From assembly GCA_002269645.1 (NCBI GenBank), contig NIVC01000200.1:577638-641637 (forward strand): a stretch of 64,000 nt of DNA, given 5' to 3'. The notes below the pieces were generated by a model that did not search any database, was not told where the DNA came from, and saw only the letters and a program-made list of their open reading frames with translations. Below are positions 41,821 to 53,483 of this stretch, in pieces (position 1 is the stretch's first letter; the number at the start of each line of letters is the position of its first letter). The DNA is from Macrostomum lignano (taxonomy: Eukaryota). The position numbers and the translations under genes were made by a program.

Positions 41821-43158
41821 TAACAATATGTTAACAAGTTACTTGACTAATTTACATGTAGCATCTGACAGAGGGTAGCGATTAGTGTGCATCCATCTAT
41901 TATAATTATCCGAAATCATTACCTACACGCTTAGATTCATCTCGATAAAATATTATTTTGACGAAGTAGTTACTAAGATTTAGGCAAAAATAACAGAATA
42001 ATGTACGTTCACTGAACCTGCAGAGTACGACCCCATAGCTCTCTTGCCTTCCATACTAACATCAAAATCAATAAATACACGACTTATTTGTCTCAAAGCT
42101 GAATAACATTAATAAATGGTTGAAAAAGCGATTTGCGTTCGTCTAACTTAACGTTAATTTTGTTTAAATGAAGATTTTCCAATTTAGAAGCAGAATGAGA
42201 TAGACACTCGAGTTTCTCCACAGAATTTGTCTATGGCGAAACCCCATTGAGTGCTATGCGATCTCTTAAATCGTATGTATATTATAGCTCGAAGCGTCCT
42301 TCACTGCAGTTATCCATGGTTAAAAAAAGTTAGGATAGAGCTAGATTAAGTAATGCAGTCAGGAAAAATAAGCAGCCTAATAAAGTTAATCGGCGTAATT
42401 ATATCGTGAAGTTAACGTGCTGGAATAAGAAAATTTAAACACACGGATAAGTGCAGACTCGATCTAATCTTTTAGCAATAAGCAAGTGCGAATAGGTTCG
42501 AAAACGATCGCTGTTAAGGAAATAAGCACAGACAGGATGCTGGAGTGACAGAATGCTGGCGGAGCAGTCTGTAGGCTCTGATAATCCAGAAGTTTCGCTG
42601 TCATATTTGATGTAACTAGCTGGTATCGTCCAGAGTTAGGACAGCAAGTCTCCGCCGGTGGGTCGATCGTCGGCACGGTCCCGGGAGTAGAGTAGAGTCG
42701 CGAGCGGTGCATTGTAGCTAGCTAGCTTGCGTAAGAACCAAAGCAGGAGTGCAGGGACCCAGATGGCTGAAGACTTTGAATTCAAAATGTCAACAGTTTA
42801 TAAACATGTAGAATCCCAAAGTCGGTCACGTGACGCACTCCAAGGTCGTTGCCATGACACCTCTCTTCGATTGGACACCGGTGCCTTAGCGTCACTGTAC
42901 TGTAACTAAAAAAAGAAATATCTCGAGAGGATCGCGTGCAAAAGTAAGGAAAATTGAGGAAGAATATGGGGATTGGTTGCCCAGACAATGTAGGCTCCGT
43001 TCCAATTAAAATAGGAATGAAGCTCTACGGTCTCCAGAAGGTGCAGATGAAAATATTCAATCAATTTTTATTTAATTTTTTTTGTCAGAAGCAAACCCTT
43101 AATTCCTGTACTGTGTCCTCATGATTCTTGATCTGCACATGAAGAAAAGTCTGCACAT

Positions 43159-45081
43159 TCACCCTGCAGTGGAAACCTTTCTAAACGTGTGCCGCAGACA
43201 ATTTGGCACGCAGGCACAATCGGCGTCTTCACTGCTAATACTGCAGTTGCAGTTGTTGTTTCCGTTGTTATTATTCGGCTTGCAATTCGAGCAGAGTCGA
43301 GACAGGGTGCGCCGCATTATCACCAATGGGCGATGCTTCTTGAAGACTTTGAAGAACCGACTTCGAACCAGCGCTGTCTGACTTGGCCAATAAAAGTTTA
43401 AAATGGTCTGACGAAATTCGAAATTCTTCTGCAGCAAGTCTATCTGTTGGGTCAGTAGAGCTACGCCAAAGTTTAACACAAAGACTGCTACTAGAAGAAA
43501 CGTGCCCACTAGAGGCAGCAACGAGATGTAGTCGCTCACGCCAGGAAAGCTGGCGAGGCTGAATGCGCAGCGAAACGTACGGCCAATGTACTCCACGACG
43601 CAAGCCCACGAGTAAAACGAGCATTCGATGAAAGGTTGGCTAAAAATCATTGTAACGCAAACCATTGACACCGGGAGCATTACGATAATCGTTACCTTTA
43701 TTGTTGCGCTCATGCAGAAGGCAAGCTTGAAAAACACCTGATGAAATGAACTCATTTCGCACATGAAGAAGTACAGCATGAGAAACGAAAACAAGATGTT
43801 GCACACAATGATGGTCTGCAGACGAGTTGGATCCACAATCAGACGACCGTCGAGTTCAAAGTAGCTCGCAGGATCGTTAAAAAAGCTCTGCTCCAAGACA
43901 ATTGACAAAATCTGTTGGAAAAGGAAAACAATCAAAGACAGTTCTGTTAACCTTATCCCTCTCATTGCCAGAGCATCTTTACACAATTGCAGTCCAGTGT
44001 GACGCTTGCGCACCAACTTAAGCTGGCTTCGAAAGTCCGTCACTCTGGTAACTATCCAACAGGGTAGGAATAGTAAAAACCATGCCTGAAGAACAATTCG
44101 CAGGTACAAGACGGGCCTGAACCCGGATACGACAGAGGCTGGAATGAGCTGAAGATAAGACTGATTGGAATTGTCTGTACCAGCAAGGAACACCTGCACA
44201 TTGGAGTCGAACGTGTCCCTCGTGAATATCCGAACCATAAGTGTCAACAGCTCTGTCGTGTACAGAAACAAATAATAGAACAGTGTCACTAAAGACATTG
44301 CTTGACTCTTTTTCAGGTGCACAATGCTGGTGAAGTAGGCCTGTGTTGCCGGACTATTGTAAAAGCAAACATAGCCACTGGAAATGTTCTCACTCAGAAT
44401 GACTTGTCCGAGCCTGGTCAGATGCTGGAACGGAGATTTTAGGAATCGGTCACCGCCGTCGCTGCAGTAGCAGGAGAGGTCGAACTCCTGGATAGTCAGG
44501 CTCGGATCCGTTGGATGCCTCCGTTCTTTGAGTAGGTAGCCGGGAGCGTTGGCGAACGCAGCGGCCAGATGAAAGCAGTCTCTGGCAGCAGCGTACTCAA
44601 GAACTGTCAAGCATTCGTCGGTCATTTCTACAGTGAGCAGTCGAGTACACGAGTCTCCATGCCGACGAGAGAGGCGGACAAAGAATCTGGCCAGCTGCAT
44701 CTCGTCAGTGGAACAGGCCAGACTGGAACAGCAGAAGTCAACCAGTTGGAACAAGGCGCATCTAGCGGTGTCCCACAAGTCGAGACTGACGATGAGGTCG
44801 ATTGTCTCGCTGACCAACTTGTCGTCTCTCGATAGCAGAATGAGACCAAATGGCGACATCTTGAAGTGTTTGTCATCGAGCTCACCGTCCGGAACTGCAT
44901 CATCGTCGCGGCGGTCGCTGTCGCAGCAGAACCGACAGTCGTTGTGCCGAAGGCGAAGCAACTCAACGGGTCGACGCTTCAAAGCGGCCAGGAACTGGTC
45001 GAGATTGCTGTCGCACAGCAGCTCCATGGTCTCAAAGTCCGCATCGGTGACCAGCTCATCCACTGTATCGTGCATGCTCAA
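43159..45081 (-). CDS. Divergent TRPV-like ion channel (copy A), single large coding exon, 640 aa; an upstream exon is possible
   Basis: Helical ankyrin-like N-terminus (LTVLEYAAARDCFHL), TIQEFDLS resembling the TRPV linker YDL motif, about six hydrophobic segments, pore-helix-like YIGRTFRCAFSL, and S6 FLLVAVFVLNFGVALL resembling TRP LMLNLLIAMM. Family call is by eye. Confidence 0.65.
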   Translation of the reverse strand: MSMHDTVDELVTDADFETMELLCDSNLDQFLAALKRRPVELLRLRHNDCRFCCDSDRRDDDAVPDGELDDKHFKMSPFGLILLSRDDKLVSETIDLIVSLDLWDTARCALFQLVDFCCSSLACSTDEMQLARFFVRLSRRHGDSCTRLLTVEMTDECLTVLEYAAARDCFHLAAAFANAPGYLLKERRHPTDPSLTIQEFDLSCYCSDGGDRFLKSPFQHLTRLGQVILSENISSGYVCFYNSPATQAYFTSIVHLKKSQAMSLVTLFYYLFLYTTELLTLMVRIFTRDTFDSNVQVFLAGTDNSNQSYLQLIPASVVSGFRPVLYLRIVLQAWFLLFLPCWIVTRVTDFRSQLKLVRKRHTGLQLCKDALAMRGIRLTELSLIVFLFQQILSIVLEQSFFNDPASYFELDGRLIVDPTRLQTIIVCNILFSFLMLYFFMCEMSSFHQVFFKLAFCMSATIKVTIIVMLPVSMVCVTMIFSQPFIECSFYSWACVVEYIGRTFRCAFSLASFPGVSDYISLLPLVGTFLLVAVFVLNFGVALLTQQIDLLQKNFEFRQTILNFYWPSQTALVRSRFFKVFKKHRPLVIMRRTLSRLCSNCKPNNNNGNNNCNCSISSEDADCACVPNCLRHTFRKVSTAG

Positions 45082-45917
45082 AACTTGTGTAGTCTTTGTT
45101 AAGCTTTGCGTGATAGTGAACTTCGCTGCAGTTGCTAGAAAGTCAAACTGACAAAAAAGTTAGCAACTGCGGGCTAACCAAATACTGCTTTATAACCGGA
45201 TTGTGTATTGACTTGATTAGTCCAGAGTCCATATTACCCGATCCCTTTTTCTGCAGATACTATATTGACTCTCAATCATCTGACTTAATAAACTTTATTT
45301 TGCTTTGTAACTGTCAGCTCCCGCAATCATCTAATTAATTAGTATTTGGAAGCGGCTCGTGGACTCTACCAACGAAATACCGGTATTTTTATTACTTAGC
45401 TATAGCCATCACTACAGTCAATAAAAGCTAGCTTTAACAGTAGGAATGCCAAGCCATTTTTCCGCCCTCGAACTACCAAGAGGGGGAATTCCCCCCCCCC
45501 TGACAATTTTTTTGCTGTGCCGGAACGGAGCAACGCAGGCACACGAAATTCAAGAACACGGGTAAACCTTTTGTTGCGCTTCTTCTTAAGCAAGAATCAA
45601 GTCGCCAGCCCTCCAGACCGTCGAGATATTCAACGATTCTGCCAGAAGGTCGGATTTTTCCCGTAAGCGCTAGTGTAATCAGTACACCCCCCGAAAAAAA
45701 AGTATCCCACCGAAAAGGCTCCCACCGAAAAAATCGATAGTATGTGAAGGTGAAGGGGAACAGGATAGTGGGTACAGAGCATTTTACTGGTCCTGGGGTT
45801 TCTAATCCACCTTTTATATGCGTTCAAATAAGCCATTCTCTCAGTGCTAAAACAACACAAAATTTACCTACCTACTAGAATCAAACCGATTTAATTTAAG
45901 CAACTTTGTATCAAGCG

Positions 45918-48272
45918 ATGGAAGAAGTTAATTCCTCCAAGCCGTCGAAGACTCAAAAATGTGGCAGCTATTGCAGTGCTTTTGGTTGCACGAATAGCGC
46001 AGCTTCCACTTCCGGTCGAGTCTCCTTCCATTCCTTTCCCCAAGGACGATGAGACGAAGAAGAAGTGGGTCGCAGCACTGAGGCGAAAAGACTTCAAACC
46101 GTCAAAAAGTTCAAAAGACTGCTCAGAACACTTTTCTGAGTCTTGTTTCAAGGAGCAGTTTGAAGGCTTCTTGCCCAACGCCAGGAGACAGTGTACGCTG
46201 TTCCTTCGATCTTTCCTGCGTTTCCAGAACATCTGCAGCCAGCTCAGAAGAAGAGAAAGACAATCACAGCAGGTGCGGTCACTCGAGAAGTTGATTTTGA
46301 AATATTTCAGGCGCCTCAAGAAGGCAACGAGACGAAATCTGATTTGGAAGCCATGACTATCAATGACGGACTTCCTCAGCCAGACCTTCATGCCAACTGT
46401 GTAATGTAAACAGGGAAGATTTCAATCAGGCTTTCCAAGAACTTTCTCATCGATGCAGCTCCGACGATGGCACAGCCTTTGACTACTGCAATGTAGTGGC
46501 CGATGAGATGTCATTGGAATCAATGATTGAATGGAATTCGAATGAAGGCATGTTCTTCGGCTATGCTGACAAAGGGGATGGCAAGGCAAGTGATCAGGAG
46601 GCGACGTCGGCATTGGTAGTGATGGCTGTGGGTCTGAAGAACTATTGGAAGTTGCCATTGGGTTATATTCTAGTAAATGGTGTGGATGGTGAATTTTTGT
46701 CTAGTGTTGTAGAAGAATCAATTCAGAGGCTTTATCAGGTTGGCGTTTTCGCCACATCGTTCACATGCGATGGAACGCAGCACAACATTCGAGCTATTGA
46801 ACTTCTTGGGGCTAAAATTAGTTCTCCGGACTCAATTGTCGCCACGTTCCCTCATCCTTGTGACCCAAGCATTCAGGTTTCTGCCTTCCTCGATCCGCCT
46901 CATATGTTGAAGCTGATTCGCAATCAGTGGCAATCAATGGGCACGATAGTTTGGCCGAATAGGGGGAATATTGATTGGAAATATGTTTCACTATTGCAGC
47001 AAGTTCAGGAGAGTTACGGGCACAAACTGGGAAATAAACTAAGCAGGCATCACATCAACTTTGCCAATTTAAAGATGAAGGTCTATTTGGCATCCCAGCG
47101 GCTGCGTCGCAAGTTTTGTCAGCAAATTTTGGCCGGATTCGAGCACCATGATGTACTTGTGACGGCAGATTTTATTGAGCACATGAATGACTTGTTCGAC
47201 GCTTTTAACTCCAAGCGACTAGTAAATTACGGGGCCAAAATGGCTCTAAGAGCTGACAACCAGTCGGACTTTGACTTCTTTACTGACTCCATTAAGCTTC
47301 TCGGAAGTCTTGAAAATCTGTCTGGACGCAAAATTGTTGAAACTGCAAAGAAAACAGGCTTTCTCGGCTTCATTGTGAATTGTGAGGCTGTTATGGACCT
47401 TGCCAAGTATTTTTTTTCAAGTTGTGCTTTTTTCTTTCTTTGCACTTACAAATTGTCGCAGGATTTTCTTGAGTTATTTTTTAATGCCATCAGACTTCAA
47501 AACGGCTGGAATCACAATCCAACTCCGAGACAGTTTCGCTCAGCCTTTAGACAGTTACTAGTGCACGCTGGAGGTGGAATTCTCCAATCGACTAGTCCCA
47601 ATGTTAAGCAACAGGATGCCTTTATTCAGTTGTCATTATCTTGTCTGCCTTCGTCACAATCAACAGAGGCAGGAAAACCTCAATGGAAGCAGATAAGTGC
47701 TCAGAACAGTTTGGGTTTAAGCCTTAATTCTATTCAACATTGTATGAATGCATCAAAATGCGAAGTATGCCAGTCGATTGTGTATAACATTGCAGGCGCA
47801 ATGGTCCGTAGCATGCTAAAATTAATTGAATGCGCCCCGTGCAGATCAGCACTCATTTCCAGCACTGAAATGTCAGCAGCTTCACGGTTGCCCTGCTCTC
47901 TTGTCACCATGAAAAATGTGCTGAATAAAGAAGGGACTGGGGGTTGATTTTTCCAAGCAGCAATCTCTTGCAAGTTTTGCTTCATGCCGAAACAATCATT
48001 CGACTTTCAAACTATAGCAGCGGATTTTCTAGCGATTTGGCTGTCCAGGAGACGTTGCGCATATGTCAGTTGATGCATTTCCCGAACTTGACTTGCATTC
48101 CGCAGCTGCCAGCATTGGCATTGAATCCCACAAGCTTCATCTGATTTGCATCATGGCGCTGTTCTACATGCGGGTTCGAATGAAGAAGGTGGCGAAAGAC
48201 CTTTCATGTCCCAGAAGAAAATCAGGAAAGAGACAAAAGCTTCTACGAACGGCGGTATTTCTTAATCTGTAG
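45918..48272 (+). pseudogene. THAP9/P-element-like transposase remnant, frameshifted and internally deleted
   Basis: THAP domain (YCSAFGC...FHSFP / W...C.EHF / AVPSIFP) split by frameshifts; core ADEMSL, TCDG, FLDPPHMLKLIRN, YKLSQDFLELFFNAIR..NG.NHNPT..QF; C-terminal H.LI..Y..R..K region in shifted frames. TIRs not identified. Confidence 0.88.
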
Positions 48273-49454
48273 TTTAGCCTATTCTAGTGGATACCTGGTA
48301 AGTTGAACTCATTATTTTGATTTTGCAAGTTTTTATACAGACAAGCTTTAATTAAATTAAAAGTCTTTAGAAAGAATCTCTTGAAAAATATTTACAAATG
48401 AGTCTAAAAAGCTATGATAATATTTTTTGTTGGTGTTGTGCCCTGTAGGAACCGAAAAGCAAACCAGTGAAAGTGCAGTTTAGGAAGGGAAATTCTCTAC
48501 CCACTATATCGACTGCGGAGGGGGGGTTGGCTGGGTGCCATTTTTATAACTGGGAAAGAGGCACACTTTTTGTACTCTCCATGCGCAGTCTAGGCTTACT
48601 TCTTGGTCTGTGGTTTAGACCCACCCTTGCGTGGCTGGCGCTCTGCCTCCCCCATTGTGCCTCTAGAGCCCCTCCCTCCCCTCACTGGCGGCAGACCGTG
48701 ATTGGCTGCTGCCCGGCAGACAGACAGCCATTACCCACCCTGCATTCTGCCTGCTGTCTAGCCCCAGTTCCTACGGGTATATATGTGAAAATGTTGTTTA
48801 CGCACCACTTGCCATCCAACACTCGTACATTTATATCACAGACGACATTCCGCGAATTAGGTTTCTATAGTCAACAGCTTCAACACTGAAGAGGTGCGTA
48901 AAATGTTAAAGATTTTCTGCGGCGGAATGGCGCAACAACGAATGACACAAAAAAGTTTATTGCATCTTGTTCCATCTACAAGGACACCAAAAGAAAAGAA
49001 GCTCGCTATGAGGCCTGCCGAATTTGGGCTAGATACATGCGCTGATCACTGATAGGAGCTTGAAGGTACACATGGCCAGCAGAAATTACCAACATCTTCG
49101 AAAAATCACTGGTGGCAGGGCTGTTGACGCACCGCCTGTAAGTATAGATGTACTGTACAGGAAATGCTTGCGAAAAAATATTGTCATATTTTTATTTCTA
49201 TTGCAGCCAGAAGGAGCAAGACAGATTTCCGGCCACGAATTTGTTGTGCATGTCATCAGAAAATTGAAGGATATTTGAAGATGATGAAAAACGTTGCGAT
49301 TGTTCGAGGATTTCTTGCGAGTGTACAGTAGTAGCTATCGTGCTTTTACGCTAATTTTTGTTTGTTTTTTTCTTATAATACTATAGTAGTTAGCTTTACT
49401 TAATCCTAAATTCCATTTAAGTGACAGTGAATTCAATAGGTTTTTTTATTTTTT

Positions 49455-50218
49455 AAAAGCAAAACCCTTTCTGCCTAAAAATTGGTTTTAATATTATAGT
49501 TGAATAAACTAAACAGCTTGTCAAATAAATTTGTATGTATAAAAGTATGTGTATTAATACTAAAAATATACAGAAACATAAGTTCAAGCTTAACTATAGC
49601 AATGCCCGTGCTTAAAATAATTTTAAGAGCTCCATAAATGTTAAGATCATGATGAAAAATCACACTCGGGTGTCCTTACTCACCTGGTGCCACCTGTTGA
49701 AGGTGCCGACAGCGTCGGGGTGATGACGGAATGCTTGAGAGACTAGCTGAGGATGTTCAGCAATTGAGGCTTGCCCACTGTCGAGGCTTGATCGGCGAAA
49801 CTAGAGAAATCCGCATCAGGGTGCTCATAGTCACCTTGCGCCACCTGTTGAAGGTCCAGAAGCTCCGCCTGGGTAAAGGCCAGTGACCAATGAAGTCAGA
49901 GCTGATGCAGACACATGTGGTCGACGTGTTGATGAAATTTGGAGGCTTGGCAAGGCTGCACTGAGGCGCAAGGCTGATTGGCGCACAGGGGTGTACTGAT
50001 TACACTAGCGCTTATGGGAAAAATCCGACCTTCTGGCAGAATCATCGAATATCTCGACGGTCTGGAGGGCTGGCGACTTGATTCTTGCTTAAGAAGGAGC
50101 GCAACAAAAGGTTTACCCGTGTTCTTGAATTTCGTGTGCCTGCGTTGCTCCGTTCCGGCGCAGCAAAAAATTGTCAGGAGGAGGGATGGGGATTTTTCCC
50201 CCTTTCTTGGAAGTTCTA
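49455..50218 (-). repeat. Dispersed ~770-bp unit X: inverted copy here, direct copy at 62934-63705, partial direct copy at ~45451-45690
   Basis: Reverse-complement match, including GGTGTACTGATTACACTAGCGCTT...GGAACGGAGCAACGCAGGCACACGAAATTCAAGAACACGGG. Confidence 0.88.
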
Positions 50219-50399
50219 CTGTTAATAATGCATTCCTATATTGGACTGGCAAACATAACACAATCGGAGTGGATGTGCAGGTAGCAGGGTTTCTCTGCAG
50301 GGTCTGCAGGGTCTGCAGGGTTTTCAGGGTTTCAGATATCTCAGAAAATCACAATCAGCTTCTTTCACAATTCCTACGCTTTGTGTCTCCGAAAACCTA

Positions 50400-51039
50400 T
50401 ACTCAGCAACAGTCAAAAGTTCCACCCTCCAAATTGCGAAAACTTAACACTCACAATTCAATCCTCAAGTTACGCAACTAAGCCGCCGCGAGGAAGGGAA
50501 AGTTGCTTGAATATCAATACTTATAGTTGACGTCAGTCGCACAAAATCATAATTTTTTAAGCAATATTCAGTTAGGATCGCGATGCGTGTGGGATCCCCT
50601 CGCACGCAGAAGTGCGACGACTCTGCGGGGCATCCCAAGGATGAGGCAGCGCAGAAAGTCCCGAGGGAGCTGCTCCAAAGCGTTTTCAATGGCATGACGC
50701 AGAGCTCTCCGCAACATTCTGCGGTAGATTATCTTTTCGAATGCTTCGTTTTAGGAAGTCCCAGACATGCTCGATGGGATTCATGTCTGGGGACCGGGAA
50801 GGCCAGCGCAGAGTGCGCAGCTGTAGCTGTTCCTTCAGTTGACTAACAGCATCGGCTTGGTGTGGCGGGGCGTTGTTCCTGGGCTTGGGTCTGCTTAATG
50901 TCCAGGCCTGGACCATTAAGCAGACCCAAGCCACCCCCAAGCGGCAATAAGCTTTGCGCGTGCCGTAGGTTGCGTCACTCACAATATGCGAAAAAATCAT
51001 CTCGCTTAGTGGAGTGGAACATTTGACTGTTGCTGAGTA
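50400..51039 (-). mobile_element. Tc1/mariner deletion derivative 1 (640 bp)
   Basis: TIRs TACTCAGCAACAGTCAAA / TTTGACTGTTGCTGAGTA, TA duplication, transposase C-terminal fragment NNAPPH...WPSRSPDMNPIEHVWD. Confidence 0.9.
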
Positions 51040-51054
51040 TATATCACCGAAGCA

Positions 51055-51156
51055 GGCACACAAGAACGCGCGGAAACGCAGTCATACGCACAGGCACACA
51101 CTCAGGAATGAACAGCAGCCCTAACTTTATTTATCGTTAGGCATGTACACTTCACT
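51055..51156 (-). mobile_element. Fragment of the SINE central domain
   Basis: Shares GCAGGCACACACTC...GCCCTAACTTTAT...GTTAGGCATGTACACTTCACT with 37330-37440. Confidence 0.7.
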
Positions 51157-51175
51157 AGGGCACTAATGGATCATC

Positions 51176-51211
51176 GCCTGATGATGCCACATGTGTGGCG
51201 AAACATGTCGC
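51176..51211 (+). ncRNA. Minimal type I hammerhead ribozyme motif 1 (Penelope-like/retrozyme type)
   Basis: gc-CTGATGA-t-GCCAC-atgt-GTGGC-GAAAC-at-GTC-gc: full catalytic core, 5-bp stem II, minimal palindromic helix III (ACATGT), 2-bp stem I; predicted cleavage after C51209. Confidence 0.75.
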
Positions 51212-51223
51212 TAAGCTAAAATA

Positions 51224-51834
51224 TACTCAGCAACAGCTAAACCCCCCCCCCAACTCACGCTGCCACACGGGCACAAAAGTTAAGCAATGTCTTTAATTCC
51301 AGTCTCAGTATCGTGTGTAGGAACCACGAGCATGCAAAAGTGCCGTGACTCGTCGTGGCATCCTGATCACCAGCCGGTTGATGAACTCTTGGGGCAGCTG
51401 CTGCCAGGCATTCAGCACCGCCAGTCGCAACTTTTCAGCATTCTGTGGGGCATCCTGCTGAACTCTTCGCTTTACAAAGTCCCAGACATGCTCGATGGGG
51501 TTCATGTCTGGAGACTTTGACGGCCAGTTCAATGTGCGAATGCCGAGCTGCTCCAGCAGCTGCACGTGTGCTACTCGATGTGGCGCAGCGTTGTCGTCTT
51601 CAAGCATGCAGTTCTGCGGGCCGCCAAAGGTTGTCGTAGCAAATGGCAGAAACTTTGCAGCAATGCAGCCACCAGTGGGTTGAGTTGCGCCACCCCCTCC
51701 CCAAATCCCCCATGCCGCACTTTGCGCTCGCGTCTGGCGGCGGCAGCCTTCACACATTTCTGAGTCACCGATGGCATACAAAACTTTTAGGCCGTGTGAC
51801 AGCGTGAGTTGGGGGGTTTAGCTGTTGCTGAGTA
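51224..51834 (-). mobile_element. Tc1/mariner deletion derivative 2 (611 bp)
   Basis: About 40-bp TIRs (TACTCAGCAACAGCTAAACCCCC..CAACTCACGCTG), TA duplication, fragment EDDNAAPH...WPSKSPDMNPIEHVWD; the paralogous empty site near 59318 has a single TA. Confidence 0.9.
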
Positions 51835-52411
51835 TATATCGTTCATAATCATCTTGTAAGATAACGCTTCAAATGATAACGTTGTTATTATTACGAGCGT
51901 ATTAGGCGTAGCAACCTACCAAAGCTATTCAAATTACAGAAAGAAACAGAGCAGAAAATGGCACAAGATTGCGCAAATGTTCGGGTGCAGTACGCTCGTA
52001 AAAACAGAAAAAAGATTATATGTGCTTGACTACTATGGTAAGTAGAATATGACATAAATATGATCAGAGAGTGAGGCGCGTATGCAAGTATGATGGTGCG
52101 AATATTAGCGCCGGCCCTCCAAGCCAATGAAGGCAATTCCCAAGATTGGAGAAAGAAAGGGAGGCGGTGTGAAGGAAATGAAGTGATATGATTCGGTATT
52201 TACAGGGCTACATTATTCTTCTCCTAAAACAGTGCAAGGTAGCCGTGCTAACCAAAAAATAATGTAGCACTACGAGTATACGGCGTCCAAGGTCCAAAAA
52301 ATTATAATTACAACATTTAGCCAAATAATTAATTTCGCTTTTGTCAAAAACAAAACTCCGGGAACTGCTTTCACTGGTGCTTAATCTGCACATGATGAAG
52401 CGTCGGCGCAT

Positions 52412-52434
52412 TCACCCTGCAGTGGAAACCTTTC
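52412..52434 (-). pseudogene. 3'-terminal fragment of a third TRPV-like copy (…RKVSTAG*), interrupted by BEL element 2 and continued at 59109-59120
   Basis: TCACCCTGCAGTGGAAACCTTTC | BEL | ATTTC TAAACGTGTGCCG matches the copy A and B C-terminus; downstream flank 51846-52411 matches 59333-59890. Confidence 0.8.
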
Positions 52435-53483
52435 TGTACTGTAGAAATGAAGAGACCGATGGTCCGCCAAACTATTTTGGAGCTGAGGCTCAAGCGAGAC
52501 GCTAACAAAACGAAAAACGTAAACAGTACACAGGGCTCGCAAGCCCTCTCGATGCTATATTTATTTGCAAGTCAGCCAGAATATCAGTCAGCGGTGGGGG
52601 GTGGGTGAAATGGGCCTGAGCTAGACCCGCGTACATAGCGAAATGAATAAAGCAGTACATTAAATCATGCAATGGAAAGAAAATCAATAAGTTAATAATC
52701 TACCTCCCAAACATACCCCCCACCTTGGCATAACAATGACAAAAAACTATTCGAAGGATGATGGGATGAAATAAAAAACGAATATTAGAAAAGTATTCGA
52801 AAATTATGCATGATGCAAAATCAAATGCAAAAGCAAACAAGCAAACGTGGCATGAACATTGATGGCGACATTGTGAATGGTAGAAATTAGAGCAAAATAT
52901 GAAGATAAATACGCAGATCGTAGATGACAATCGAAAATTTTGCAAAAGTACGTCAGCTATCAAGAAAAATTCAAAATTGAACACGAACGCAGACTTCCGC
53001 CACCAAACGCAACTGAAACAAAAACTTAAACAATAATTGTAAGCATTGGACTATCAAAAGGTCGTAACTGGTGCAAAACTATGGAAAAACTATGCAAAAC
53101 TACTTCTAAGCGCAGAAAATCAAGAAATATTAAGTAGAGCTCAAAGAATGCAAACATCGCTCGTAAAAAACTCAAAAAGCGCAAAAGACAAACCTTGCCA
53201 ACAAATTCAATAGACCGTAACGTCCATCCAGCAAAAATTCACGTAAGAAAATATATAAATAATAAATAATGAATGTTATTCGCATTGCAAACTGAATACA
53301 AAAATTGGGTTATGACTGCAACACAGGGTGAATCCTATTAGCAGGAAAGAGAAAAAAGACAATACGAACAATTCAAAAAACAGGAAAATTGAAAAACTCA
53401 TCAGAAGAATTGCAAAACCTGACAAAGTCAAATTCTCTAGCAAAGGTTCGCAAACTAACCTGCAGATATTGGACACAATTTTG

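Noticed and set aside
45691-48460. Terminal inverted repeats of the P-like element
   Set aside because: No matching pair or 8-bp TSD was found by eye; the CCACCGAAAA repeats at 45690-45730 have no right-hand counterpart.
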